Shown piece by piece: positions 50,550-63,068 of a DNA stretch of 64,000 nucleotides. The notes below the pieces were generated by a model. That model did no database searches. It saw nothing but the letters and a program-made list of their open reading frames with translations, and had not been told where the DNA came from. The position numbers and the translations under genes are program-made. Source of the stretch: Eledone cirrhosa. Lineage: Eukaryota. Location: positions 140,678,001 to 140,742,000 of the forward strand of contig OZ024740.1 in the NCBI GenBank assembly GCA_964016885.1, read 5' to 3'. Position 1 is the stretch's first letter, and each line of letters starts with the position of its first letter.

Positions 50550-51990
50550 CTGTTTAACCCGGTTTTACCCAGGAGATTTGGTTCACTGATAATTAAACTT
50601 CGGTTCACTGATAATTAAACTTCTTTTCTCCACCAAGAAACCAACAAAAACCACAAAAAGGGAACACGAAAAACAAAAAATATTCAGAATAACAAACCGA
50701 AATCCTAATAAATTTACTGTCAAATAAGGTTGAAAACAGAAATATGAAAACCCCAAAAAAAGAAAAAAAATTGAAATCCAAAAAGACAAAACACGAACAA
50801 AGACAAACATACAAATCAACCAAATTAATAATCACAAACTTATGTGCATTTATTTGCCTTGCAATTAAAATGGGGCTGACACAGAAGTGAAGATCGACAT
50901 GAAGTCGAACCATGTATGGCACGGAAAAGAGGCTGGCACAGAAGCGAAGATCGACATGAAGTCGAACCATGTATGGCACAGAAGCGAAGATCGACATGAA
51001 GTCGAACCATGTATGGCACAGAAGCGAAGATCGACATGAAGTCGAAACATGTATGGCACAGAAGCGAAGATCGACATGAAGTCGAAACATGTATGGCACA
51101 GAAAAGAGGCTGGCAATGAAGAGCGTTATCATGTAGAGCCTCTTGGTAGACACCATTCTTAACTTCTCTTTTTGTTGAGTAAATGAAGAGTCCCCCGGAC
51201 TTCCTACTCAGGAACATCCAAAGTACAGTTGGCCATGTGAGAATACCTGTTCACTCAGATTCAGTCCAACCACTTGCATCGATTGTCCCTGTGCCTTGTT
51301 GATGGTCATGGCAAAGCTGAGTTTGATGGGATATTGCAATCGTGTAAATTTGTTGACAACGTCAGATGGACTGAGTTTTACTGGAGGAATTAGAACGTCT
51401 GTGCCAGCAGCTGGTCCGTTCAAGATTGTCGCAACCAGAATTTTGGACTTTAATGATTTGATGATCATTCGTGTTCCATTGCACATTGTTGGAGAGTCCA
51501 AGTTCCTTAGCATCATAAATGGCGCATCAACTTTTAGCTGCAGGTTGTGAGGCAGAAGTCCAGGAGGTGTTTGACTGTTGAGGAATTCAATGGTAAATAT
51601 TGTGGCATCCTCAGCATTTTTGTTGGTGTCAATAGACTTAAATGAAACTGTATTCCCTGGAAGCCGATTGAGGAGCTTTATTAATTTGAATGTGTTGTTT
51701 ATGCAGTAGAAGTCTGCTTAGAACGCGCAAAACATCAAATCTCGTAATCGAGCGTTCACGATACTGACGTGACGTTGAAAGTTGGCCTTCCCTTTGGCTA
51801 GCCGTTTCATGGGAAATTCCTGTTTCATCGATTTTCTCTGTAACCATGGAAGCTTGTAGCTTGAAAGTCGACCCAACGCCTCCTCAGGTCATTCTGCATA
51901 ACTGTGTAAATTTTCCACCAATCCATTTTGACGTTTATCCGACTACACCTACATATACAACGTCCGACCACTTCCAATTTATATAGTAGA
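50546..51990 (-). mobile_element. Non-autonomous Helitron with PIF1-like helicase remnant
   Basis: Minus strand begins A|TCTACTATATAAA and ends with imperfect hairpin CCTGGGTAAAACCGGG + CTAA|T in a (TA)n site. 51208-51640 encodes LRNL...CNGTR...RLQYPIKLSFAMTINKAQGQS...VFSHGQLY. Confidence 0.88.
50878..51116. repeat. 40-bp minisatellite (5 copies) inside the Helitron
   Basis: Unit GGCACAGAAGCGAAGATCGACATGAAGTCGAACCATGTAT, with two 17-bp GGCAC(A/G)GAAAAGAGGCT variants. Confidence 0.92.
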
Positions 51991-52059
51991 TATATATATG
52001 AAAAGATTCACTACCCGATGGCTGAGCTCCAGGCGTTTTGACAGCTAGATATATATATA

Positions 52060-53880
52060 TCATCACTGTTTACCATCTATTTTTCATGCTAGCATGGGTT
52101 AGACGAGTCGTCCTCTCATGAGACAAGTCAGATCAAGTAACCTGTCTTGCTTATGCAGAACTGTTTCTGGCTTGGGTTTTATGGCTGGATGCCTTTCCTA
52201 ATGCCAACCACATTTCAGTGTGGACTGGGTGCTTACTTGTCATGTCACTAGCATAACCACTTTATAGGGTGTATTAAGAGCTTTTAGCTATTTCAGCAGC
52301 ATTGTGGGAGAGCATGTTTAGATTTCCATTCATGTATGCATGCATGCATTTGATTGACAGGAGAGGTGTGGTGTTGGGAGAGGGTGTATGTATGTAGGAT
52401 GGAAATTGGAGAGGTAGGTCTAAGGTTGCGTACTTAGCTGGTGAAGGAAGAGGGGAGTGTTAAGATGTGGGAGGTGTATAGATGGGGGAAAGGAGACGAT
52501 TTGGTGCACACTAATGTCCTCTAGATATTTGTTTCATCCTGAGACACATGGGAAGGCGCCTTCTACACTACTGCATATCACCTGAGATCTCAATCCTTTG
52601 AGAGGTTTAATTGTGTAAGGTCAGCTTTTATCAACTCATCCCACGCTTTCCGAGGTTTTCCTCTTCCATAATTTTCTTCAACTTTGAGTTCCCTGTCCTT
52701 TTTATACAGCTGTCATCCTTCATACACATCACATGTCCATACCGCCTCAAGTTCCTTTCCTGCACACTGCATCTGACTCCACTTATGCCCAGTTTCTCTC
52801 TCAGTTCATCAACATTTTTCCATTCACGTATATTATTATTACTCATCAATCGAAACATGCAAGATTCATTTCTTTCCAATCTTCCACACAATGCCCAGGT
52901 CTCACTTCCATGCAGTATTGATGTTCATACATACACATCATACAGTCAGCCTACCTGAGATTCCATTACATCTCTTGTGTACACAAAGTTTGCATTTGGA
53001 ACAAAGAATAGAATTTCTACCCACTCCTTTCTGTACACTTAGCAAGGCCATTTCTCTGAATGGATCAGAGTCTTGTTTTCCTTTCTACTTACAGGATGAC
53101 AGCTGTATAAAAAGGACAGGGAACTCGAAGTTGAAGAAAATTTCTTTCTAATTCTGTCATAAATTCATCTATGAGAATTAGATCATCAGCATATAGGAGT
53201 TCCCATGGGCAGCCTATTTTAAACTCTTCTGTTATAGCCTGGAAGACAATTATCAACAGGAGAGAGAGCTAAGAACGAAGCCCTAGGAGACCCCCACTAG
53301 CATGCTAAACTCCTCACTATAATCCTTATTATTTGTAACTTTGCTACCCCTAGTTTCCTAAGCGCCCACCAGATTCTGGAAAAGGAAACTCTATCAAATG
53401 CTTTCTCCAGGTTCACAAATGCCAAGTAGAGGGGCTGACTTTTAGCTTGGTACTTCTCATGCACTTGCCTCACAAAGGAGAGGGCATCAGTGGTATTTTT
53501 ACCTCACACAAAACCGAACTGCATATCATCTAGGTTAATTCGATCTGTAATCATTTGTGCAATGACTCTTTCAGTAACTTTCATGATCTAGTCAATCAAC
53601 TTGATGCCTCTATAGTTTCCCCTGCCTAGTGCCCCTCCTTTGTCCTTGTAGCAGTTGACAGTGATGCTGCTATGCCAGTCATTGTGTATGACACCATTTT
53701 GTATTACCTGGTTTACAATACAGGTGGTTAAAGTATGTCGTACCATCCCAGATGCTTTTATCATCTTAGCAACTATTCCCAATGGCTCAGCTGCTTTGCT
53801 TGTCTCCATATTCTTAATTGCCTTACTTATTATGCTGCTGCTGACTTGTACAGTTGACCCCTCTGTTGTGTTCACAGCTT
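52060..53880 (-). mobile_element. Decayed RTE LINE fragment
   Basis: NYRGIKLID, ELLYADD remnants, RRYGHVM and 3' UTR. Confidence 0.85.
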
Positions 53881-54169
53881 AAATGTCCAACTTGCTAGAC
53901 TACTTTTAATAGTAAAAAAACGTGTATTGAAGCTTTTAACTGTAAGTTACCTTCAATAAAATGAAAGCAGGGGTTTATATGGCAAGAAAGAAACCTGGAA
54001 GTTACTGTACATCAGAAAGGTGGCTATGATCTATATTCACAAAAACAGTAGGTAGGAAATGTAAACTGTGTCCATCCCCCCATCTATGGATCCGTAACCC
54101 TTGATGGAACTGTAGAGATGTGACACACAGTGTTTTAAACCTGAAACACAGAAGTAATTAGTAATAAGA

Positions 54170-54568
54170 GCAGTGCTGGCATTGAGGTACTCATGCCCTA
54201 GACCAGTACTACACTGTGGACCATTTTTTCCCAAATAAAATAAATCTAACAGCTAGGAACCTAGTTTTTCACACTTCTTGATCTGGCCAGACTAAGAAAA
54301 TTACTAAGCCTGAATTGTCCACTACACACTGCACACACACCTCATACCAAATAATGTGATAAAACCTAACACCAAACAACACTTTCCAGCACATTGGATA
54401 TTTTCACAATGCAGCTATGTGGCAACGATATTTAGAGAAATTATTATATATTTAATTTAATCATACAAATTTATATAAAACTGGATTCTTTAATGTTCAG
54501 TAATGCACCTATCTGGGGTCAGTACTCTAGGCAGCTGCCTAGTTGGATTTAATGGTAACACTGACTCT
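54170..54568. repeat. Dispersed repeat (probable old non-autonomous DNA transposon), second copy ~6200-6720
   Basis: Shared block AAATTATTATA.ATTTAATTTAAT.ATACAAATT...TTTAA.GTTCAGTAATG at ~6600-6670 and ~54438-54505. Confidence 0.5.
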
Positions 54569-54755
54569 TGGTTAGAGAATTCATGAAATTAATTCTTTCC
54601 AATACTTGGCAGGCTCTCTAGAAGTATCTGTTAGTTTCTATTACCTAGGTGACCAAATTAACAATAGAGGCAGGTGTTGAAGATGAATAGTAGCCAAAGT
54701 AAGAACAGAGTTTATTCACATGCATATACACAAACATGTGCACTCAAATACATAA

Positions 54756-54806
<51 letters not shown>

Positions 54807-54933
54807 GCTAGTTTCATTCTTTAAATAGTTAATGTATGCGTGTCAATCTTAATCAAGGCATTTGTATCGCATTACTACAAAATGTAAAATAAAACACACT
54901 ATTTCATATGTGTGCGTGTGTGTATGTGTGTGC

Positions 54934-54966
<33 letters not shown>

Positions 54967-55614
54967 ATAGGTATATATATATTATATCTCATACTCACAC
55001 AATAAATTCCTTCTTAAAACATCTATTCCCCTCCGTCTATTCTAGCCATGCTAACATTGTCAAATATCACATGACATTATATTAATGAACCAATTATCTG
55101 TCTGCACTTTGTATCTACTGGAAATCACCAGCATCCACCCAAATCAATAACAAACCGGATGTTGGCATGGATGAGCCAATGATATAGGCTATTGATATAT
55201 GAACCAATATGGAGGAGCCAATGAAATGGATGGGCAAAGTGTACATAAAGCAATCGACCTGCTAGAAATAGCAATCAAATCTTCCTCATATCACATCCTA
55301 CCATTTTAACCCTTTTGATAGCATCCTGATCAGAGCCAGCTCTGGTTCAATCAAAAGTAACCCATCCATTTTAATGGGTTCCTATATAAATTGAAATCTT
55401 CCAATATAATTTTATATAGGAACCATTCTTTAATTCTTTAACTGATCTCAGTTATTAAAGTGTGGTAGGGCAGCACGTTGATTTAGTCAGTTTATTTATT
55501 CAACCTGGTACTTATTTTCTCAATGATCTCGTTTTTGTCAGATTGTTAAGTTACAGGATATAGACACAAGCATAAACAATCATATACACACATACATAGA
55601 TAGATACATACATA

Positions 55615-56440
55615 TGTGACAACAATTGCAGACTCTGAAGAATTAACATCGAAGATGTCACCCATGTCATAAGCAGATGTCATCATGGTACTATCTAAGT
55701 ATGAAGCATGATGAAGTGGCCAAAATACTGTACCATGCAATCCATAGAAAAGATAGCCCTGTCAATAAACACATTAAAAGATACAGTAATGTGGAAGACA
55801 TACACATACATAATATGAAAGAGTACTGGTGGAATGTTCCAGTCAAAACACCAATAAAATGCAAACATAACAGACCAGATATAATGATATGAGACAGGGA
55901 AAAGAAGGCATGCACAGTGGAGAAAGTTAGCTGCCCAGCAGATGCCAATATAATATTAAAGATTAACGAAAAGGAGAATATCTATGTAGAACTAATGAAA
56001 AATTTGCAGATACTCCACCCTGACTATACCTTCAGATTTATACCTGTGATTATTGAGGCACTGGGATGTATCAGTAACTGCCTTAGTACAAATCTTGAGA
56101 AGCTGGGCTTCACAAACAGAAAGAACTCAACTAGTTAGGAAATTACAAGAACAATCCATTAATGAAACAGTAAAAATATGTAAATCATTCCCAAAATTCT
56201 GCATCTAGTAACTGCATGTACACATGTACAGATACAAATCATATGCACATGCACATATACATCCACATCCACACATACAATAACATTGACACCTGCACAC
56301 ACACATACATGCATGCAGACATACATAAATATCTACCTAGTTGATGTGTAAATTCCAATGAGAGAGTCTTGTAACTATGTTAGGAACCAACTCTCTCTCT
56401 ATTAGTAAACATTTATAAAATTATAAAACCAAAAGAACAT
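55615..56440 (+). mobile_element. 3' fragment of a restriction-like-endonuclease (RLE) non-LTR retrotransposon (R4/Dong or NeSL-like)
   Basis: Zinc-knuckle remnant (CRL...EDVTHVISRC), KHDEVAK, WWNVPV...NRPDIMI, VSCPAD...EKENIY, IPVIIEALG; frameshifted. Confidence 0.8.
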
Positions 56441-57924
56441 ACTTTTAAACAACAGGCTACTGCAGTTTCCCCAGTTTCTGTTTACTAAATTCCATTTACA
56501 AGGCATTCGTCACTCCAAGACTATAGTAGAGAACACCCGAGGTTCCACACAGTGAGACTGAACCCTGAATCATGTGGTTGTGAAGTGTACTCCTTAACCA
56601 CACAGCCATGCCTGTGTCTAATATGTTAATTCAGTATCTTAATCTTCTTCATCAATTAATTGAAATACACTGCTTCTCTGTTTCAATTAATTTCGAAGAT
56701 ATCTGAAACTGGAACAATTTAGTAAAATAATTAACTTTACTATTTTAGCAGGAATGGTTCTTCCAGTGTGTCTCCCTCACCATCCTCCAGGGAAATGTCT
56801 TCGCTGTTCTGTCTGCTGGGGCTGTGAGGTGGCTAGTGCATGGGCCCCCATTTGTTCACAATAGTGAGAGATGGGGAGAGCGGGAGAGATGGAGGCAGTG
56901 ACAGTGGGAGTTTGGTTCCTTTGTGTCCAGACTTGGTGTATATGTATATATTTATTTACTACACATTTAATATTTCCTATGTATATTTAGACAGTAGTTG
57001 CTTAGAATACAGCTTAAGAAAAAAGATCTTATATAAAATTATGATTGGAGGTTTTAAATTTATTACAAACAATCTAAAATTTGAAGTGTTGTATGGAAAA
57101 TTAGGGGTGTTCTCAGGCAGATTGGTAACAAAAGGTTAAATAACGATGAAGTCCTGCACACAGTATCATCATCATCATCATCATCATCATCCTCATCATT
57201 TTACACCTACTTTCCTGGCTAGCATGGGTTGGATGGGTTGTTATGGTCTGAGACAAGACAAAATGAATCATAATGACCTCATCTTGCTCATATGTTCCAT
57301 ATTTGGCATGGTTTCTACAGCTGGATGCTCTTCCAAACACCAACCTCCTTACAGAATATACTGGAAATCACCAGTGATACCCTCTTTTCAGAATGAATTG
57401 AGTACTTTTTTTGTGTGAAATCAAACTTTACAGGGTTTATTTTATCATGGCACCAGCACTAGAGAGGTTGTCACATGCTGATCCAGCAAGAAGAATCCAC
57501 TCAGACCCTATATATTCTCTGTTCGAATGCCAAACATTGCAACCCTTGGTTTCTCACTACATTTAAATTTAGAGTTGCAGTGCTTGTACTGGTCCATGTG
57601 CAAATAAAAATACAGGATAGTCACAATGTGAATTCTTTTGGGAGTTAATAAAATAAAGTCCAGGGTGATGAATCAATGGAATTGTTAGAGTATTGGAAGA
57701 GTTTTGGTGTTCTGAGTTTTTCGGTGGTAGACTTAATCTACCACCTAGTCTTTGGGTGTCTTTAGTTCACTTTGTTACAAGCATTCAACTCAGTTCTCTG
57801 GTTTGAGGATATTTTTCACTTCCATCAGTCTTGGAGATGCTGAAAACGTATAAGATCATGGGTGCTGCCCTTCTCTCTCTGACTCCGTCATTAAAATAAT
57901 ATCCAGTGGTTGATCAACATATTA

Positions 57925-58325
57925 GATTTCTGGGTCTATATTTTACATCTGGCCTGGTCCTATTACCGACTTTGGGGACCTATATTTCACACCTGGCTTG
58001 AGGCTATTACAAGCTTTGGGGACCTATATTTCACATCTGGCTTGGGTTTATTACCAATTTTGGGGACCTACACTTCATATTTGGGTTGGGTCTTTTACCA
58101 ACTTTGGGAACCTATAATTCATATCTGGCTTGGTCCCATTACCAGCTTTGGGGACCTATATTTCATATCTGGCTTGGGCCTATTAGCAACTTTGGAGATC
58201 GATATTTCACATCTGGCTTGGGCCTATTACTTGCTTTGGGAATCTATGCTTTACATGTGGCTTGTGCTTGTTGCCTGCTTTGGGAGTCTACATTTCACAT
58301 CTAGCTTGGGCCTATTATCAGCTTG
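57925..58325. repeat. 44-bp minisatellite (~9 diverged copies)
   Basis: Unit ~CTTTGGGGACCTATATTTCACATCTGGCTTGGGCCTATTACCAG. Confidence 0.88.
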
Positions 58326-58837
58326 GTATAGGCCTGCATACAACATGGGCACAAAATCTGAGTTGCAGTGTCAGCCTCACGAACATGTGGAGTGACTATG
58401 TCTTTTGTGAACCTAACCCTCATGTTTCTACCTCTCCAAAGCAAAACACCAAATTAAGGACGATCATAATCATCATCATTTTATTTTCCATGCTTGTATG
58501 GGTTGGATGGGTCTTTCTCAGTACAACCTCTCTTCCCTCAGTGTGTTCCTTCATTATCCCTTCTCTGATGTTCAGCATTTTGAGATCAGCTATCACCACT
58601 TTTGCTCAGGTTTTCCTTGGTCTTCTACTGCAGTTTTCTTTTACTGGAAACTCTTGGTACTTTTTCCCCAATGGTCATCATCCATCTACATTATGTCTCT
58701 TGCATGCTACATCTAATTCTTCTTGAACCCAGCTTTTCTCTCAATATTATAATAAAAGACATAATAGAAGATATTATGACATGCATATTATGTATATGTA
58801 TAACATATTTACTGGTGAAACAACATTGTGAGCTTAC

Positions 58838-58986
58838 CTGCCAAAGATAACAACCGCAGATTTCTCATAGAATACAAATGTTGAAGACCGTAATCTCGCA
58901 CCTGTGTACACCACCTTAGGTAGAGTTTAATCAATGAAGTCATTGTAGATAAGTATCCCACTCCTATATCAGTTATATGAGTGCAC
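58838..58986 (-). CDS. FBXL16: F-box/LRR-repeat protein 16, penultimate coding exon
   Basis: ttcttacAG acceptor and GTAAGC donor; 149 bp reading [49 protein letters not shown](G), matching FBXL16 LRRs as recalled (YLSTMSSLRSLYLRWC). Not listed in the ORF track. Confidence 0.92.
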
Positions 58987-60236
58987 CTGTAAGAAGAGAA
59001 GCAATATTATTATTAGTAATCAAAGAGTATTATAGTTTGCTTGAAGCATTGTAGAATATGAAAAAGGAGTAGGTTATGGAGGCTGCTACAATGAAAATGG
59101 GGTCTCGAGCTTTGAATAGTGAGGTAACAAAGCTGGATCAGGAAAAAGGAAATAAATAAAAATAAACAGTAAAAGAGAAGGAAAATAAAAGAAACTGGAT
59201 GTTACATTGGAAATATTTATTAGCTCTGCTATATTTTGGATAAAATATCTATTTTCAAGAGAATTGTTAAAGAATCTTAGAAAGTGACATTAAACATCCC
59301 TATCACTTCTGTTTATGTCCAGACTAATAAATATTCCCAAGGTGACAGCCAGATTCCCTCACCTTCCTTTCTTTTTTACTGATCATTTTCGTTTCTTGCC
59401 TTTTTCCTTATCCAACTTTGTTATCTCAATATTCACACCTCCATTTGCATTGTAACTTCCAAAACCTACTCCTATTGTTAATAATAATAATAATAATAAC
59501 AGACATACTAATACTTTGCCTTTCATCCTTTTGGGGTCAATAAAATAAAGTACCAGTAAAGTACTGGTTTGATTTAATCAACTTTTCCCACCACAAAAAT
59601 TTGACAATGTATCTATATTAGAAACAATGTTGACGATGATGAGGAAGAGGAGGGTGATGATGATGATGATGATGAGAGGCAATACTGCTACAGGATCTAG
59701 TTAATGTGAATTCTCAACAGTCATATGTAGAATTGAAGTGTGTAGAATTGAGTGTACTGTGTACATACAACAATGAAAGATCCCCCCCCCCCCCACAAAT
59801 AAAACAAACTACAGTGGAATATTTATTAACCAGAAGAAAATGATAGAAATTATTGTTTGTAAAGATAACTAATCCAGTTCCCAATAGACATGATACCAGT
59901 GGAAACTGTCTCACACATGACCTATCTCATTGTTGAATAACTCAACTGGAACATCACAGATTATTATGGACAAGCAATGTTTTGTTGACATTCAAAGTTT
60001 AAAAAAACAACAACAAAAAAAAACAACAACAAATAGTCGGAGTTATGGTTGTCTGGTTAAGAAGTTTGCTTCACAACCAATGGTTCTGGGTTTAGTTTAG
60101 CTGTGTGGCACCTTGGGCAAGTGTTTTCTACTATTAACCAATGCATTGTCAGTAGAATTTGGTAGTCAAAAACTGCTGAAGCCTGTTGTTTATATATATT
60201 AAAAAAAAAAAATTTTCGCTCAACATGGCTGAATAC

Positions 60237-60562
60237 AATAAATGTAATCTGAGTGTTTCGAATATTGATAATAATATTCGACTCATTTGCAATTATGCAA
60301 ACAAGCCTCATTTTTAAAGCCATTTTAGAAAATATCATATATTTTCACTAGCCCTGACAGTTGGCAGGTGAACAGTGAACTGTGCTGATGGAGGGTAATG
60401 CCCAGAAACATTAGTGTCTGCAGTTCTGTTTACATGCCAACACAAGAGCAAGAATGAGGGGTTCATTCTACTGACATGGCTTTAAAAATGAGGCTTGTTT
60501 GCATAATTGCAAACGAATCGAATATTATTATTAATATTCGAAACACTCAGATTACATTTATT
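60237..60562. mobile_element. 326-bp element with 87-bp terminal inverted repeats enclosing a hammerhead-like motif
   Basis: 60237-60323 and 60476-60562 are reverse complements with about 3 mismatches. Confidence 0.8.
60361..60440 (+). ncRNA. Type I hammerhead-ribozyme-like motif
   Basis: Long stem I (TTGGCAGGTGAACAGTGAACTGTG / TGCAGTTCTGTTTACATGCCAA), core CTGATGG(A), stem II GGGT-AAT-GCCC, GAAA, stem III ACA-TTAG-TGT, GUC triplet ending at 60418. Confidence 0.7.
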
Positions 60563-60840
60563 TATATATATATATATCTTTAATTTATTATAGAAATGAC
60601 CTCTACAAGGCTAGAACTGTTTCATTTCATCACAGAAATGTTTGTATATAAATTGTTATACACTCACTTCATCCATCTATGGTTGTTTCTCATTATGAAT
60701 GAAGCGGTTCTAGTGCTGTCAAAGTCATTTTTATAATAAAATAAAGATGTCTATACCCTACTAACATATTGAGTACTTTTTTAAACTGTGGTCACCTCCT
60801 GATATTCATTTTGAAATAACCTATCTTATATATATATATA

Positions 60841-61048
60841 CAGAGTGTATCAAAATGTCTATATTTAAAAAGGCTATATTTTTTAAACAAAGGACCATAT
60901 AATCATGCAGTAACTTGTACAATACATGTCTGAATATAAAGCTTTATTCTTTTCTTTTAATAACTTTTATGAATTATTATAAAGATTTTTACATAATGAA
61001 TTTTTCTTAAAAATTGTAAATAAAATCGGATGCTTTTTTATATACACT
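60841..61048. mobile_element. Possible Tc1-like MITE
   Basis: TA-flanked CAGAGTGTATCAAAA start and diverged TTTT..TATACACT end. Confidence 0.4.
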
Positions 61049-61173
61049 ATATATATATATCATCATCGTTTAACGCCCATCTTCCACGCTAGCATGGGTT
61101 AGACGGGAGTTGTCCCACTTGAGGCAAGCTTGGTCGGGTGACCGTGTCTCACTCATATAGGATATATATATAC

Positions 61174-61280
61174 AAAAGGATTCAGGACTCTGATAGCTGA
61201 GCTTTGGTCATTTCAACAGCTAGATCCAGATCTAGCTGTTGAAACGCTTGGAGCTCAGCTGTCGGGGTCCTGAATCTTTT
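61174..61280. repeat. 107-bp palindromic element; a half copy lies at ~51998-52050
   Basis: AAAAGGATTCAGGAC...CAACAGCTAGATC-ca-GATCTAGCTGTTG...GTCCTGAATCTTTT. Confidence 0.8.
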
Positions 61281-61307
61281 CATATTACCCACTCTACTAC
61301 CCTAAGT

Positions 61308-61735
61308 ATTGTGATGCGCATGAAAGACGACAGCTATATAAAAAAGTGCAGGGTGATCAAAATTGATGGTGGTTACGAAGTAGGTAAACCTAGAAAAACC
61401 TGGGATGACATGATAAAATCTGATCTTGCACACTTACACCTCTCAAAGACAATGTCAGTAGATTGAGACCTTTGGCGCTATGCAGTAATACCGAAGACCT
61501 GCCTTCCCTTACGTACAAAGTTAAACCTACAGTCAGTAGGCACCTCTTAACCAAATATACACCCCAATGCACTACCCCTACTCCATCCTCCCACTTCCAC
61601 CAACACCACCCTTTCTCTGTAAAGTTATATTGGTACCACAGAACACCTAAAGAGGTTGTGTAGGTGTCACAACAAAAAGCACCGTGCCCCGCTGTAAAGT
61701 GGTCGTGTAGGAGACACAGTAAAAAGCCATACAAA
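61308..61735 (+). mobile_element. RTE LINE 3' fragment
   Basis: VMRMKDDSYIKKCRV...KPRKTW and UTR subrepeats. Confidence 0.82.
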
Positions 61736-62061
61736 GATTGGAACAGCAAAGTTTGAAATTGAGTAAAGAACAATACTTGAACATGTTTATATCATCATCC
61801 ACTTTTTGACTCTTACATTTCACATTTGGTGTAGTCTCTACAGCCAAAATATGAAATGTATGAACAAAATGTAGTTATTTGACCATGACTTGTCACAGAC
61901 TGTGATGATCCATCCAGTGTATGCTGATGATGATGATGGCAATGATGATAAAGATGATAATGATATATATATTTTATATATATATTTATTAAAATAACAG
62001 AATAAAGTTTAAGCAAAAAATAGAGCCCTCTTTGGATTTTAGTCTTCAAATTTATTATTAT

Positions 62062-62154
<93 letters not shown>

Positions 62155-62157
<3 letters not shown>

Positions 62158-62231
62158 GATGTCCTCCAAAAAGGTATACACACTTTGATTAGAATGGTGT
62201 TGAAGTGTATATACATTTTTTGGACACCCTG
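62155..62231. mobile_element. 77-bp Tc1/mariner-type MITE
   Basis: TA-flanked ~29-bp TIRs CAGGATGTCC...GTATACACACTT / AAGTGTATATAC...GGACACCCTG. Confidence 0.78.
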
Positions 62232-62639
62232 TATATTGGAAAGCGGCTGGTAAAATGACGGCGATGATAATGATGATGATTTATATATATATATATATAA
62301 TAAAATGAAGCCAAACTAGCAGAAATCTATTTATTAATGAAAGCTAGGGGTAATAATTTTCTTGAGAGAGCAAACATAAAAAGAAATTGTTATAACTTAA
62401 TTAGCACAGCTCAGTTATCTTCAGGAAATTGACACTATTTATGTTGTAACTATTTTAGCTTAACAATTAATCAAATATTTCTGGATATTTTTGCAAGTTA
62501 ATATTGTCATGTTCCTAGTTAAACATCTTTTAAATGTCAGATTAAAAATAGATATTCTTCAGCTGAAGGTAAATCAATACTTACAAGTTTTTGTAAGAAA
62601 GAGAGGTGGAGAGATGAAAGGAATGTTATATATGTATAT

Positions 62640-63021
62640 CATCATCATTTCATTTTACGTCCACTTTTCCCTGCTTGCAAGGGTGGGACGGGAACTGATT
62701 CTGGCTTGATTTCTACAGCTGGGTGCCCTTCCTAATACCAACCTCATTTACAGTAAGTGCTGGGTGCTTTTTTCCGTGGCGCCTACACGTCCACTTTACA
62801 GTGTGGGCTGGGTGCTTTTTTGCCGTGGCTCCTCCACAACCACTTTGCAGTGGAATGATAAGGACTTGGGTCCCTATCATCTCATTTCTACAGCTGAGTA
62901 AACTGGAGCAATGTGATATAAAGTGTCTTGCTCAAGGAAACACCACATCACCCGGTCTGAGAATTGAACTCACAACCTTTCGATTGCAAGGCCAATGCTC
63001 TAACCACTAAACCATGTGCCT
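62640..63021 (-). mobile_element. SINE family A copy with one extra internal subrepeat
   Basis: High identity to 37970-38304; duplicated GCTGGGTGCTTTTTT.CCGTGGC unit. Confidence 0.9.
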
Positions 63022-63029
63022 AATGTATG

Positions 63030-63068
<39 letters not shown>

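Noticed and set aside
50878-51116. CRISPR-like array with palindromic repeats
   Set aside because: Units are head-to-tail with no unique spacers, there are no cas genes, and it lies inside a eukaryotic Helitron.
51208-51640. Host PIF1 helicase gene
   Set aside because: Intronless fragment enclosed by Helitron termini.
57925-58325. CRISPR array or repeat-protein ORFs (161 and 154 aa)
   Set aside because: Plain 44-bp minisatellite; the unit is not a multiple of 3 and there are no spacers.
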